From the NCBI RefSeq assembly GCF_001194135.2, contig NC_068996.1, positions 39,240,807-39,304,806 of the forward strand: 64,000 nucleotides of DNA, in the 5' to 3' direction. The notes under the pieces were generated by a model that was given only the letters and a program-made list of their open reading frames with translations, was not told the origin of the DNA and did not search any database. The DNA is from Octopus bimaculoides. Taxonomy: Eukaryota. Below are positions 12,095 to 24,499 of the stretch, one piece after another. The position numbers were made by a program, and so were the translations under genes. Position 1 is the first letter of the stretch; each line of letters starts with the position of its first letter.

Positions 12095-12442
12095 TCAGTG
12101 CCTGGAATCGAATTTGGAATCTTGGGGTTAGTAGCCCATACTCTTAACCCCAAGATTCCGAGTTTGATTCCAGGCAGTGACCTGAATAATAATAATATAG
12201 ATGTTTTCGATCTGGTTTGGATTCTTTGGAATCAAATTTGAAGGCAAAGAATCCAAACTAGATAGAAAACATCTATAATAATAATAATAATAACATCAAA
12301 AACAAATAATACCTAAGGAATGAGAACCCAGGTTCAAAATTTCCTCAAGACACCTGATGAAGGCTAGAGGGTATATCAGCCGAAATACTGTGTTATCAAC
12401 AAACAAGATGAGGACAAATATCCATCAAATGTAAATAATGTA
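11880..12442. mobile_element. Penelope-like (PLE) pseudo-LTR palindrome with two internal hairpins and two decayed hammerhead motifs
   Basis: Outer inverted arms 11909-12043 / 12309-12442; inner hairpins ~12085-12190 and ~12196-12277; CTGATGA..GAAA cores at 12349-12394 (+) and 11957-12002 (-). Confidence 0.75.
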
Positions 12443-12609
12443 GCAGTATTATTTATTTTTAATAAAAAAAATAAACTGATGACCCTAATATGTATCTGAG
12501 GTCAAATTATTCATGCATCCCAAATATGGAAGCAATTCGCACAACTGTTTTTCCATGAAAAGTAAATACACACATAAGTCTATTTTATATAAAATTATGT
12601 GATGTTAGG

Positions 12610-12785
12610 ATAGTAACACAAACACACAGAAAATGAGCTTCTTTGAGTTCCTGTCGACCAAATCCACTCACAAGGCCTGGGATTGTAGAAGACAACACAT
12701 GTGAAAAATACCATGCAGTAGGATTGAACCCCAAAACGTGGGTTAGAGAGCAAACTTCTTGTAAAACAGCAACACTTGCGCCAAT
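12610..12785 (-). mobile_element. SINE family A head (partial)
   Basis: CCAAATCCACTCACAAGGC..GTAGAAGACA..CCATGCAGT, the reverse complement of the family A consensus. Confidence 0.7.
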
Positions 12786-12924
12786 ATTTGTATAAAATCA
12801 CTTGTTCTTGTCTTGAAACTTGTTTATGTTCAGGCAATGAGTACAAGTGTAAGTTTGCATTGTACAGGTAACAGCAGAGTATTTAAGATGAATAATATGA
12901 ATATCTGTATCATTGCCAGAGTAA

Positions 12925-13325
12925 CTGTCTGGCTTCCGTGCTAGTGGCTCGTAAATAGCACCATTTGAGCGTAATCATTACCAGCGTTGCCTTCTAGCAC
13001 TTGTGCTGGTGGCACATTAGAAAATCATTCGAGTGAGGTTGTTGCCAGTGCCGTTGGACTGGCTCCCGTGTAGGTGGCATGTAAAAAACACCTTTTTGAG
13101 CATGGCCGTTGCCAGTACCGTGTGACTGGCCCTTGTACCGGTGGCACATAAAAGCACCCACTACACTCTCGGAGTGGTTGGCATTAGTAAGGGCATCCAG
13201 CTGTAGAAACTTTTCCAGATCAGATTGGAGCCTGGTGCAGCCTTCTGGCTTGCCAGTCCTCAGTCAAACCATCCAACCCATGCCAGCATGGAAAGCGGAT
13301 GTTAATGATGATGATGATGATTATT
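12925..13325 (+). mobile_element. RTE-LINE 3' UTR with (GAT)n tail
   Basis: Colinear with 42530-42913. Confidence 0.85.
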
Positions 13326-13834
13326 ATTTAGATGCTGGCATGAGTTAGACATTTTGACTGAAAGTGGTAAGCCGTAGGTTTCAGTCTGATTTGGCATGGT
13401 TTCTATGGCTGGATGCCTTTCTTTATGTTAACCATTCCAAGAGCGTAATGGGTGCTTTTTACATGCCACTAGCATGGGTGCCAGTTACATAACACAGGCA
13501 TTGGCCATGACTCAACTCATTATCATGCTAATTAAAAGGTTTTATTTTTGCGCAGTCTTCTGTGGTTAAATTTTTCTTTTAATATAAATTTTCTAAAATT
13601 TCAGTCATCTTTTAAAGAAATTTCTTGTTAGGACATTAAAGAAAATGTAACAAAAAGCATGTTTAAGTTTTACATTTGTGTGCAGCATAGTGCTCAGTTA
13701 GAAGGCATCATGGTATATCAGGAACAATAAATGAGCCGATTGGACAGAATCATTTGACTGACCACCTACATACACTTATCCATGAGCAGCCTAGTGCTAA
13801 ACAACAATAAGAAGAAGAAGAGACAGAGTCAACA

Positions 13835-14290
13835 AGGGAATCACTGCATAATTACTTAACTGCTAAAAATAGCAGCCAAATCTCTCTCAAATAATACTCT
13901 CTGCTCATCTTAAAAAATGGCATGGATTATGTGGTTCTCAAGTTGCCTGAAAATAGTATAAAAGATGTGCTGGTCGTGGTTGGAATGTCTTTGATCATAG
14001 GTATGCTTTACCAGGGCTGTCTTTGTTCTAAAGAATATAACACCAATAACACCAACAGACAACACAAACAACATCAAAGAAACTATGTGGTTTCTCAACT
14101 TGCTAGAAACAACAGCAAAATTTTCTTTACATCACAGCATGTCTTCTTCCAAAAGATGAAAGGAAGGACAATACATAATGTAGTCCTAGATACACTCTGA
14201 AGAAGATGGGGCAGTCATGGATAAAATGCTTTAATCAGGTTTGCTTGATCATAGTTGATCTGGGACTAATTAACAACAACAACAACAACC
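13835..14290 (+). mobile_element. Two tandem copies of an old SINE-like repeat (family G)
   Basis: AATAGCAGCCAAATCTC..TTTGATCATAGGT..(AAC)n; also seen at ~5105, 21335-21505, 29445-29635 (-) and 54790-54850. Confidence 0.55.
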
Positions 14291-14310
14291 TAACGAGGAC
14301 GTCTCTATAC

Positions 14311-14504
14311 CAGTGGTTCTCAACTGTGGCTATCAGGGCCGCATGTGGCCTTCAAGCATCCTTCTGGTGGCCCTTGAAGGTCTTCCCTCTATAAATATTA
14401 ATTTTTTTTTTATTGACTTAAGTTTTACTTTATTTGGTGCAGAACCCCTAAAAAAATCCTAGTATTGGATCTGGCCCAGATATTAGAAAGGTTGAGAACC
14501 ACTG
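14311..14504. mobile_element. hAT-type MITE
   Basis: TIRs CAGTGGTTCTCAAC / GTTGAGAACCACTG; degenerate 8-bp flanks ctctatac / ctctacat. Confidence 0.8.
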
Positions 14505-14524
14505 CTCTACATGGTTGTGTAATA

Positions 14525-14784
14525 CAGGGGTTTTCAAACTTTTTGACTTGCGGACCCCTTTATATTTCAGGCTTTACCCTTATAAACGCTTATGAAATTT
14601 ATACATAAATATTTGCTTAAAATAACATATTTTTACATTTATTTATTTAACAGTATTTAACAAATAGGTTTATTGTCAATTAAAAGATTTCGGTTAAAAA
14701 ACATATATAAAATCAAATTGCCCATAAAAAGTATTTGCTGTCTACAAACTCTGTGGTCTGCGGACCACAGTTTGAAAACCCCTG
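14525..14784. mobile_element. hAT-type MITE
   Basis: TIRs CAGGGGTTTTCAAACT / AGTTTGAAAACCCCTG; 8-bp TSD gtgtaata / gtgtagta. Confidence 0.85.
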
Positions 14785-15916
14785 GTGTAGTAATAACAGC
14801 CTCAAACTGCACTATCCTGTCTCAGTAAAGGACACATTAGACAACATGACCACTAAGTTCTCTGTACATAGGGTAAAACTTGGGGTGGCTCTGATTGAAA
14901 TGTCTGATCATAGAGATCTGACTGATCAACATTGATCTGGATCTGCATAGCAACCAAATCACCCATTGATTATAGGTTTTGTTCAATTAGGATTGGACAA
15001 CAGCAATAACAGAACAGTTTTTGCAATGCTCCTACCTCCATTTGGTGCCAGACAGAAGATTTAACTCCTATGAATGGAACAAACCAAATATTTATATATA
15101 GAAATAACGGTACAGAAATACAAGTTTTTGACATTAACTAATATCCACTTGAAAATGGAAAATTCTGGAAGCATTCCAACTATTTACTACACTGTATTGT
15201 TGGAGGGAAAAATGGAAGAAAGAAAGTAACATTTTCCCATGACTAATATTTTGATATTTCCATTTACGTCTTTCCAATAACAACATCCTAAAGACAAAAT
15301 GCAAAAGAAGCGAAAGTATTTCAATAAGTTTGTAAGGATGAAACTTTAAAAAAATAAGCTTATCCATTTCTACCATTTCAATGTCGTATTGAAAACTAAA
15401 AGACATGGTCTTCACTCATTCATATTTGGCATTTAAATGTTTTTAAAATGAACTGCCATACTACCAGGCAAGAATAAAACCAGGTTTTCTATGTATGTAT
15501 GTGTGATCATCATTATTGTTTATCATTGTCGTTTTAGCATGCTCCTTTTTATGCTCATATAGCTCAGATGGAATTTCTTCAGGTGGATTTTCCACGACTG
15601 GAGTTACTGTCTTCTAGATGGGTTGAGTACCATGTCTCACATGTATGCACTTGTTATATGCTAGACATTACAATAAGAAAAAACTTGTACCTTATTTTAT
15701 AAGACACATGTTAATATGTAAATAATAGTACATTTAGCATAAAAAGTGAACTTGTAGTATAACCCAGAATATGAAACCCCCCCCCCCCCAAAAAAAAAAA
15801 CATCTTTTAGCCAATAATTCTTTTTTAGGAAGTGGATATATTTGATCTGATTTAGGAAGTGGATATATTCTTCAAGAGCTGTTAAATATAAGTCTGCTAA
15901 AATAATTTCAACATAC

Positions 15917-16012
15917 CTTCCGTTTTTGCAATTCCATTAGGAAGAAGCTTCTTCACAAATATCCCATGGTTAGTATCCCCATTCCGTGTTGTTCCACCAA
16001 TAATTTGTAAGC
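15917..16012 (-). CDS. STXBP4: Coding exon 3 of PDZ-domain gene (STXBP4-like): (G)LQIIGGTTRNGDTNHGIFVKKLLPNGIAKTE(G)
   Basis: Acceptor cttttttaccctcag and donor gtatgt; 96 nt, phase 1/1; PDZ betaB-betaC (IIGG..GIFVKKLLP.G.A). Confidence 0.92.
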
Positions 16013-16259
16013 CTGAGGGTAAAAAAGATTAAAAAAACAGTAATAATAATAATAAAAGCAGAAATTCAGGCAATAAAGAAAAAATATTTTTTCAATACTG
16101 ACTAACAATTAGATATGCAAACCCAAGTTGATCTAATTTCCAGCAAACCATTACTTTATTAACTCCAGAAATACTTCACATTTTTTTCAAGGAGACTATC
16201 AGTATAATCACAAGCAAACTTATGAAGGATTCTTACTGGTCATCAAAGAAGATTCTATA

Positions 16260-16575
16260 CAGGGCTGGCCAACTTGAGGCCCGTAGACCGCAGACTTTTA
16301 TTTTGCAGCCCACTTGATACTTTTTTTGAAATGCATTTATTTAAACAAACAATTTAAAAATTTTATCAAAAATTAATAATTGAAATGAAAAGTAAAAAAA
16401 GAAAGATTCTACCGTTTTTGTAATGATATTTCATGTTGAATCAATGATCATTCATTCATTATTGTAATAATAGCAGAAGAAAGCAAAATGCTTTCAATTC
16501 TGTCAATATACAAGCGGCCTCAAGAAACTTTGTCATTATAATGGCTTGCAATGTAATGAGAGTTGGCCAGGCCTG
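16260..16575. mobile_element. hAT/Charlie-like MITE
   Basis: TIRs CAGGGCTGGCCAACT / AGTTGGCCAGGCCTG; flanks share ttctata. Confidence 0.7.
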
Positions 16576-16724
16576 TTCTATATGGTCACGCAACATACTA
16601 GAAAGCGCAGTCAATACCCTACTATTTTAAAACAATGAATACATTGAATAATATAACTATATGTATGGTGTATATGTATGTATTCACTGGATGTGCAATG
16701 TCAGTGCACATATGTCTTAAGAGA

Positions 16725-17122
16725 AAAATTGGGTGTAAGAGGCATCAAGTGTAGTGTGTAAAGAGCCAATCACTGTGGAGGGAACCTGCAGAAGAGGTAG
16801 GCCCAGGAAGACATGGGATGAGGTGGCGGAATATGATTTTTGAATGCTGAGTGTCATAAAGGCAATGACAAGTGATTGAGGTCTTTGGTGATTTGCTGTG
16901 TTTGAGAAACATGTCAAGCTAAGTGAAATTGTAGCCATGACCAGTGCCGGTGACATAAAAAGCATTTGGTACACACTGTGGAGTAGTTGACATTAGGAAG
17001 GGCATCCAGACATAGAAACCAAGCCAAAATGGATTGGAGCCTGGTGCAGCTCTCCAGCTTACCATTTCATGTCTAACCCATGCTAGCATGGAAAACCGAT
17101 GCTAAATGGTGATGATGATGAT
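16725..17122 (+). mobile_element. RTE-LINE 3' fragment (ORF2 end RGRPRKTWDE + UTR + GAT tail)
   Basis: AGAGGTAGGCCCAGGAAGACATGGGATGAGG. Confidence 0.85.
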
Positions 17123-17699
17123 GGCACACACATACATACTCATGAAGAAAAGGTGGTTACAGCTGGAAGGCCATTTACAACAGATCTGCTTCATCAGGAC
17201 CTATGCAACAACATGTACAATGAAAGGGAAAAATGAAGTGTTTAGATATTTATGTCTTTGTGTGTAGTGAATCATGTTACATGAATAAAGTAAAGTGCTG
17301 CCTACTGAAACCAGAACAACTTTATGGAATATCAAATCTTGCTGAGGAATTTGAAAGTACCATAATTTTGAATAGAGAAACCATTTAGAGACAAGTTGGT
17401 GATTCCTTTTGGAAAACATTTTATCTATGTCACTAATGTTCTTAGGAAATTATTCTCAGTAAGTATTAATGATTGTGGTAGAATTTCCCTTAATCAACAC
17501 CTGCATTCACTAGGTTTAGAATATTATTTAATATATACGACTTTTCATTTCTGCAATACATAGTAATTAAGAAAATAAAAGAGTGTTGGGCCTCACAGGT
17601 GATGTGGCTGAGTTCCTTTCGAGCATTAGGCCTCATGGAGGCAAAGTGGTCGAGCTTCTTTTGAGTGTTTTATTTCTTTCTAGTTTTCACAAATTTATA

Positions 17700-18130
17700 G
17701 CATTCAAGATCCACAATTTGCCATCATGTGGCATTGCAGTTGCTACACAAGCATCACACAATCTGCTCTTCCCTCAATGAGAAACTCTGTTAGCAGCAAA
17801 AATAAATAGTTCCCTGAATTTTCTTCATCCCAATCTTACTCTGGTTACTATATTTTCATACCATCCACTTCCACTGCTGATTTGGTTGCCTATGGCAACA
17901 GAAATTTTTCAACTATATCTAGGGACCCATCTGGACATTTGAGAAAATTTATTTCAAACCATTGCCAGCACAGATAAAATCTTTCACTCGCTGAATGACA
18001 CATGTAATTGCCAGTTTTACAGATGTTAGCAGTGGTTCATTTTTGGAACTAGATGACTCGTCACAATATCATTGATAAGATTCTGTCATCCTGCATTTTA
18101 GTAATTTTTGCCTTGGTCATTGATTACCAT
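17700..18130 (-). mobile_element. Degenerate RTE ORF2 fragment
   Basis: Translates LKCPDGSLDIVEKF..GNQISSGSG..RVRLGW.KFREL with frameshifts; homologous to 45560-45700. Confidence 0.7.
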
Positions 18131-18584
18131 ATTTTAACATGTTTAAGGAACCCTTTCTTGTCAAAAATTAGGTTAAAAAATTTGCGAGTTTCTTATACAT
18201 GGACAGTATTATAATCCCTTAAAGAACCTTCTTTCCAAATTTTAAGCCCCCAAAATTAAGGGGTTTGTTATACTTGAGGGTTCCTTATACACGTTAAAAT
18301 ACAGTAATTTGATTCCTCTGCTGAAACTATAATTCTGTCATGATGATTTCCAACCATTCTGATGGTGATCTCAAATATTCTAATCATTTGTTTCAGATTT
18401 ACCTCGCTTAGTTATTAGACTCACCAAGAATAAAAGTCCTGCTGGTATAGCTCTTTGAATCAGAGATGTGCAAGCCCCACTAACGTGACCAAGTCGAGAA
18501 TCACTGGCATAGAATGTGGATATAAAATGATGATGATGACTACCATTTTATTGCCCTAATTTCTTTGTTATTACATTAAAGAAG

Positions 18585-18925
18585 GTGCAAGACTCAGTTG
18601 TTAAGAGCATTGGGCTCACAATCATGAGGTAGTGAGATCGATTCCCAGACCGGACAGTATTTTGTGTTCTTGAGCAAGACACTTTACTTCACGTTGCTCC
18701 AGTTCACTCTCCTGTAGAAATGAGTTGTGACGTCACAGGTGCCAAACTGTATCGGCCTTTGCCTTTCCCTTGGATAACATCAGTGGTGTGGAGAGGGGAG
18801 GCTGGTATGCATGGGTGATTTCTTGTCTTCCATAAACAACCTTGCCTGGATTTGTGCCTTGGAGGGGAACCTTCTAGATGCAATCCCATGGTCATTCATG
18901 ACTGAATGGGGTCTTTACCCTTTTT
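18585..18925 (+). mobile_element. Full SINE family B
   Basis: tRNA-like head, core TTGAGCAAGACACTTTACTTCACGTTGCTCCAGTTCACTC, tail CCCATGGTCATTCATGACTGAATGGGG. Confidence 0.85.
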
Positions 18926-18958
18926 ACGTTAAAGAACAATTGATTGTTTTAAACTTAC

Positions 18959-19038
18959 CAATCCCTTTTGAACAATTATCATACACAATTTTAATTGTTT
19001 CTCGATCTATTTGAGGACTTTCGGTTGACAATGGCTGC
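18959..19038 (-). CDS. STXBP4: Coding exon 2 of PDZ-domain gene (STXBP4-like): QPLSTESPQIDRETIKIVYDNCSKGI(G)
   Basis: Acceptor cctttctctattttcag and donor gtaagtt; 80 nt, phase 2 in and phase 1 out; joins exon 3 to rebuild the carboxylate-binding loop KGIGLQIIGG. Confidence 0.87.
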
Positions 19039-19168
19039 CTGAAAATAGAGAAAGGTGGGGAAAAAAAGAGAAAGAACATAAATTAGATCAGAAGTCCTTA
19101 TTTAATCTGCATCCCACATAGAATACATGCACAAAACAGTAATATTTTAACCAGAAGTTGATACATAT

Positions 19169-19396
19169 TTAACTCTTTAGCATTCAGATTACTCTGCCAA
19201 ATGTAAAGCTTATTCATTCACATTACTTTGAATTAATCATGCCTTATCTTTCAGCTTTGAAATTTGGATGATGTGAATGTAATTTTTAGAATGACTGTGT
19301 GGGATAGGTGTGAGGAGCTGGATCTAGCAAGTTTGGACTTAAAAGTAGGTAGATTGTTTTGCCCAGATATGGTTGGTTTAAATGCTAAAAGATTAA
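19169..19396. mobile_element. Intact piggyBac-type MITE (~228 bp)
   Basis: TTAA CTCTTTAGCATT ... AATGCTAAAAGA TTAA. Confidence 0.8.
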
Positions 19397-20484
19397 AGAG
19401 TATACATGTATATAGGAAGTTGAAAATGACGATTCAATAAATCATGACATCCACTGCAACAGTCTTAAATTTAAGTTATTATTTGAATGTCATTATTCTC
19501 ATTGACTTGGCAATTACTTCCTCACTATAATTTATTTTCCTCCTTATCTTTCAGTTTAGAGTACACGATCATCAACTTTTTCTCATAATCTATCCAAATC
19601 ATCTTCTTTGTTGATATCTCCTGTTCTCTTCTGTTGTTTCCAATGGAGTTTCTTGGAATTCTGTCAGCTTTTTATTTGTTCATGTTGCTAGTTGAGCTTC
19701 ATGCATTTCAATGATTTTTATGAACTTGTTGAATTCTTTCATAGTTTGTTTGTTTTTGGATCTATTTTGTTTTATGGTCTTTCTACTTTATTCAAACAAA
19801 AAGCTCAAAGAAAGCAATAAAAGTGGGAACCACAAAATACCAAAATGACTATAGAAAAATAAAATAGCCTTCTACCAAAAGCTATATTCCAGAGAGTGAA
19901 AAATGAGAATTGCTTACTAATTCTAAATTCTAATTTTTTTCTAATAGATATTGGGAAGCTTTGATTTACATGAATAATTTGAATTAAAGACAAGCTTGAG
20001 AAAACAAGAGAACTGAACATGAAGAATTGGAAAATTTAAGAATGATACAAAGGAAAATGTCTCCAGGAGCTGTAAAGGTTTTCAAAAATAGTGCTTAATT
20101 CTGGCTTTAGTACTACTAAGTACACAGAATATACATCTTGTTTAAATAGGTCAGTAGTATATAAGTACAGATTATATTACCAGATGACCTGGTGCCAATT
20201 TATTAGAACTAGATGCATAAAGAAATAAGTGCCGAGAGGGTAATACACATAAACTAGTTAGCTATAAGCAGGTGGTCTAAGACATATATCTATTTAATGA
20301 CTGTGTTCATAGTGATAATTCCTTTCCTAGACACAAAATCTTTTGTCCACGGCCTCTCTTTGTCCAAGATATATTCTAGAGGAGATTCTTGACCAGTTTT
20401 TCACACATTAACTTATGTAGGTTGATCTGTGTAAAATTTTAGAAAAAGGAACCTAGCTGTTTCTTGCAATACAACCATCTAAAG

Positions 20485-20793
20485 CAGGGATTCATTGTTT
20501 TTTTTTATCTATGGACCCCTTTGATTACCATTTTATTCTGGTGGACCCCCACAGCCATTCAATGTTTAAAAATTAGTTTCATAGATATTTCTTTTAAAGT
20601 TCCTATTTTGTTTTTCACACATTAACTTGTGTAGGTTGAACTATGTAAAATGTCAGAGAAAGAAACCAAGTTGTTTTTTGTAATACATACCAACACTTAC
20701 ATCTAAAGCAAATTGTTTTCAAAGGACCTTATTTCACTATTGTGGATCCCCAATTAGCTATTTTGTTGCATGGACCCTGGTTGAGAATCACTG
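20485..20793. mobile_element. hAT-type MITE (with a partial duplicate just upstream)
   Basis: CAGGGATTC.. start, GTTGAGAATCACTG end; homologous to 47758-48259 and 48960-49050. Confidence 0.65.
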
Positions 20794-20849
20794 ATATACT
20801 CTATAGTTTAATTTCTGAAGAATGGTCACTGTCCTTACATAGAATAGAC

Positions 20850-21180
20850 TTTCCCTACTGTTTAAACAGGACATTAGTAATAGACATTTACAGTTGCTCC
20901 ATTCCACAAAGTTTATCTGATGCCTATCACCTTTTTAACATCTGCCACTACACCTCTTTCCCCCAAGTCATTACTGTTAGTGGTTTTAATAAACACAACT
21001 GCTTCTGTTTCTTTGAACTCAACCAACACAGTTAATACAGTAGAAGCTGGATCATTTGCCATCCTAAACTACCCACACAAGTTACTTTATACATTCGCCA
21101 ACACAACACTATTGATCTCTATCTTACCTTAAAACCCAGTCTTTATTTAGCTACCATAATCTCTTTCCCTGTTCGGTTTT
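20850..21180 (+). pseudogene. Possible LINE apurinic-endonuclease relic
   Basis: VITVSGFNKH (GDFN.H-like) followed by QVTLYIRQHNTIDLYLT (PT..NT.DL-like) in shifted frames; very decayed. Confidence 0.35.
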
Positions 21181-21699
21181 TGAATTTTATATTCAATCCA
21201 TCTAAGACAGCAACCAATACCATTATCTTAGTCCCTCCTGCATACAAAACTACAACAACAAATACTACTACTCAGTTCAAACAAAAGGTATCCTTTCTCC
21301 CTATCAATACAAGCATGAACTGTACATGAGCACTTAGAGTGCTGGAAATAGCAGCCAAATCTCCAACAAATCACTCAAGAAAAAGAAAAAAAGGAAATGA
21401 CATAGTAAATGTAGTGTTCAGCACCTCATAAAATAGGATAGTTGTGACTGGATTGCTTTTGATTATAGATCAGCTCAGTCAAAACTGATCTGAGATTAAA
21501 AAACTTCCAACCTGTCAATCATTCCTAAAAACTGAAGCCCTCTGAAATTCCTTCACTGCCCATATTTTCCCTAAAGAAGTTCAAGCTGAACCTCTTTTTT
21601 AGTTTGAAAGAGTCTGTATTAATTAGTCAACAGAGAAATGGAAGGATCCATAATCTTTTACAAAGATGAACAATAAAAGTGTGATAGTTAATCAATAAC

Positions 21700-21895
21700 A
21701 ATTAATGTCCATTTTCCATGCTGGCACGAGTTGGATGGCTTGACAGGAACTGGCAAGGCCAGGGTCTGCACCAGGTTCCATAGTCTGTTTTGGCATGGTT
21801 TCTACACCTGGATGCACTTCCTAACATCAACCACTCCACAGAATGTACCCGGATGCTTTTTACATGACACCAGCACCTACACCAATGCTTCTCAT
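21700..21895 (-). mobile_element. RTE-type 3' tail repeat
   Basis: TTTCCATGCTGGCACGAGTTGGATGG..TGGATGCACTTCCTAAC. Confidence 0.7.
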
Positions 21896-23637
21896 GTGGA
21901 ACCTTGGGTGGGTTAATATTGGTCAGAAATTGTTAGATAGGTGAACGAGTATGTATAGTTTGTGTAGTTCATATTAACTTAGGATTAAAAAACTCCAGAA
22001 GACAGTACACAACACAATGCAATGCTATTCATTTCACACACCCGATGAAGTCCACCCACAATACTGTTCTATCATAATACCATTCACATTTAGAATGCAT
22101 TATAAGGACATAAATCAGCCCAAGTATTCAAGTGGTACTTTATTAAATCTGGAAGAATCTAAGCCAAGTTAATAACGGTAAGATCTGTATTAGCTACCAA
22201 TTCCCTAATGATCTGGCCATTCCACCATGTCTGGCACAGACAATCATTTGTAGTAACCTTAGAATTGTTTATTGAATGACCAAGAAAAAAAGGTGTTGAT
22301 TGGGTCACAAAGTCAATGGCTTTTAAGTTTATATTTGATGCAAATGTTTTGCATATTTGAGTATGGGGTAGTTTTAATCTCATTAGCTTTAAGCCTCTAA
22401 ATACAGGACCCAGTAGTAGCATTATGAAACCCAAAGTCGAAAATAAAGGGTAAGGTCAACCAGGGAAAGATTTGAACACAGAAATACTGTTGCAGTCTGC
22501 TATTTTTCTACTGACCACTATATACATCATCATCTACATACATGTATATATACATATACACAACGGACACATCATCACCACTCCATGACAAGCTAATAAC
22601 AGTTACATTTCATCTGATAAATCTAAACCTATATTGCAAACAGCTAAGAATTAAAAATTAGACAAACATTAAAAAAATACAAACAAAAAAAACACACACT
22701 GAACAAACAAGTTTAAGTTTTTTACTTAATCCAGGCTTAAAGGCACCCAAGCAAAAATAGATTATATAAGCATGTTTCAACTTGAACTTTATATATTAAA
22801 AATACATTCCACATCTTTCATATTGAAATATTTATGGTGTTAGCCACGCAAACACACACACACACCTGTAAGGTGTTAAACATTCAAGTATATTTACTTG
22901 CATTCATCACAAAGTTTATACATCAAGCACAAACCGTTTCACTGGTTTGTATTAATGATTTCTAATTCAGACCAGTCAGTGTATTCTCATATCTTAATAT
23001 TGTGACATCTAATATGTGACATTCTTTTTGCTTCTCTCTTTTGTCAATGTTTTTTTTTATGGCTACTTTTTATCAAATCTCCATATCACTCATTTTAATT
23101 GAGTGTCTTATTACTCTCTGAACCGCCAGTAGTAGATCAATCATATCTTATTCTGCACTGATGGCAACCATTTGAACTTGTGACCGTCTCTGATTTCATT
23201 AGATACAGCTCCTGGCTCTAGCACTCAATTCACACTGTCATCCTGAACTGTCAGTACCATATAGTTTTCATACTTATTGATATCCCTGACCGAACACATC
23301 AAGCACATATTTTTGCCCCGTTTCTCACTATAGAGACAATTTGTAGCCATAATGTAAAAAGAAATCTCATGTAGTTTGTAGTTCACTTGAAAATAAGAAA
23401 ACCAAAGAGATTCTGTTTAAAACTCTGATGCTGTTTCCATTCAGGAGTCACAATTAATGCTAAATAAATTAACAGCTTACACACAACTTTTGAAAATTAT
23501 AAACTAGTCTATGGTACTTTCCTAACAGTGATGTGGTCCTGATCTCTTCTGCAACTCTGCTTTAAGTTTAGAATTGTAGACTTAGTTCAGAAGGTATTAT
23601 ATAAATTTTGACAGATTATTATTTCTATTGATTCCAT

Positions 23638-23830
23638 CATCACTACAATCATCATTTAACGTCTGTTTTTCTTGTTGGCAAACCAGAAGACTATGCCAAG
23701 CTCTGTTGTCCGTCTAGGTATGGTTTCTGCAGCTGGCTGCTCTTCCCAATGCCAATCACTTCACAGAGTGTAGTGTGCACTTTTTCATGATACTAGTGGG
23801 GTTACCAAGTAAACTTGCAAGACAAAGTTT
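23638..23830 (-). mobile_element. RTE-type 3' tail repeat (old)
   Basis: CATCATTTAACGTCTG..CAGCTGGCTGCTCTTCCCAATGCCAATCACTTCACAGAGTG. Confidence 0.6.
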
Positions 23831-24128
23831 CCTTGACTAGGAGTAATAGTATTATTAGTATCTTTTAATACTTTCATTTAGATGATTTAAATGAAAGCAG
23901 ACAAGACTAAATGTTTTACATTTAGCTCCAGGTCAAAACTAATTGAGGAAACCTACAAATAAACCACTCTTTTAGAGGTGACTGCATTATCCAATGTGTA
24001 CTGTACTTTTTTTTTTAAAGACAGCTGTAATTTGAAAGAAATACTGTTTCTATCTAATAGTTGGTACATAAGCACTTATTTCTTTATTTTAGTGAAATAT
24101 ATATTCTACTTCATATTTTTTGCAGTTT

Positions 24129-24499
24129 TATTACCTCCATCTTAGTGAAGGCAGAGGTATTGTTTTCAATCATGTCTGTTTGTTTGTCTGTGGACAAGAT
24201 ATCTCAAGAACCACTGGATGGATTCAGATAAAACTTTCAGGGATGTTTGGTCTCATGACTGGCATAAACTGATTAGATTTTTTAGGATCAATCTGGTACT
24301 GGACAAGGATTCTGGATTATTTTTCCTGTTTTCTTTACTTAATTTTTGAGAACGGTAGGGTTCAATTTTAGTATTCTCATTTGTGAGAGCAGTCAGTTTA
24401 TTTCAGACATTCTCATTTAAAAAATAATCTCCAGCTAATCGTTGATAGGACGTTGGTGTTGCCTTGGCAGAGGTTTGCACTCTCTGAGTGCTCTTGTTT
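24129..24499 (+). mobile_element. Non-autonomous Helentron / DINE-1(HINE)-like element
   Basis: 5' hairpin ACCTCCATCTT..AAGGCAGAGGT; (GTTT/GTCT) microsatellite; 3' subTIR GCCTTGGCAGAGGT; terminal stem-loop GCACTC-TCT-GAGTGC; T-rich flanks. Confidence 0.75.
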
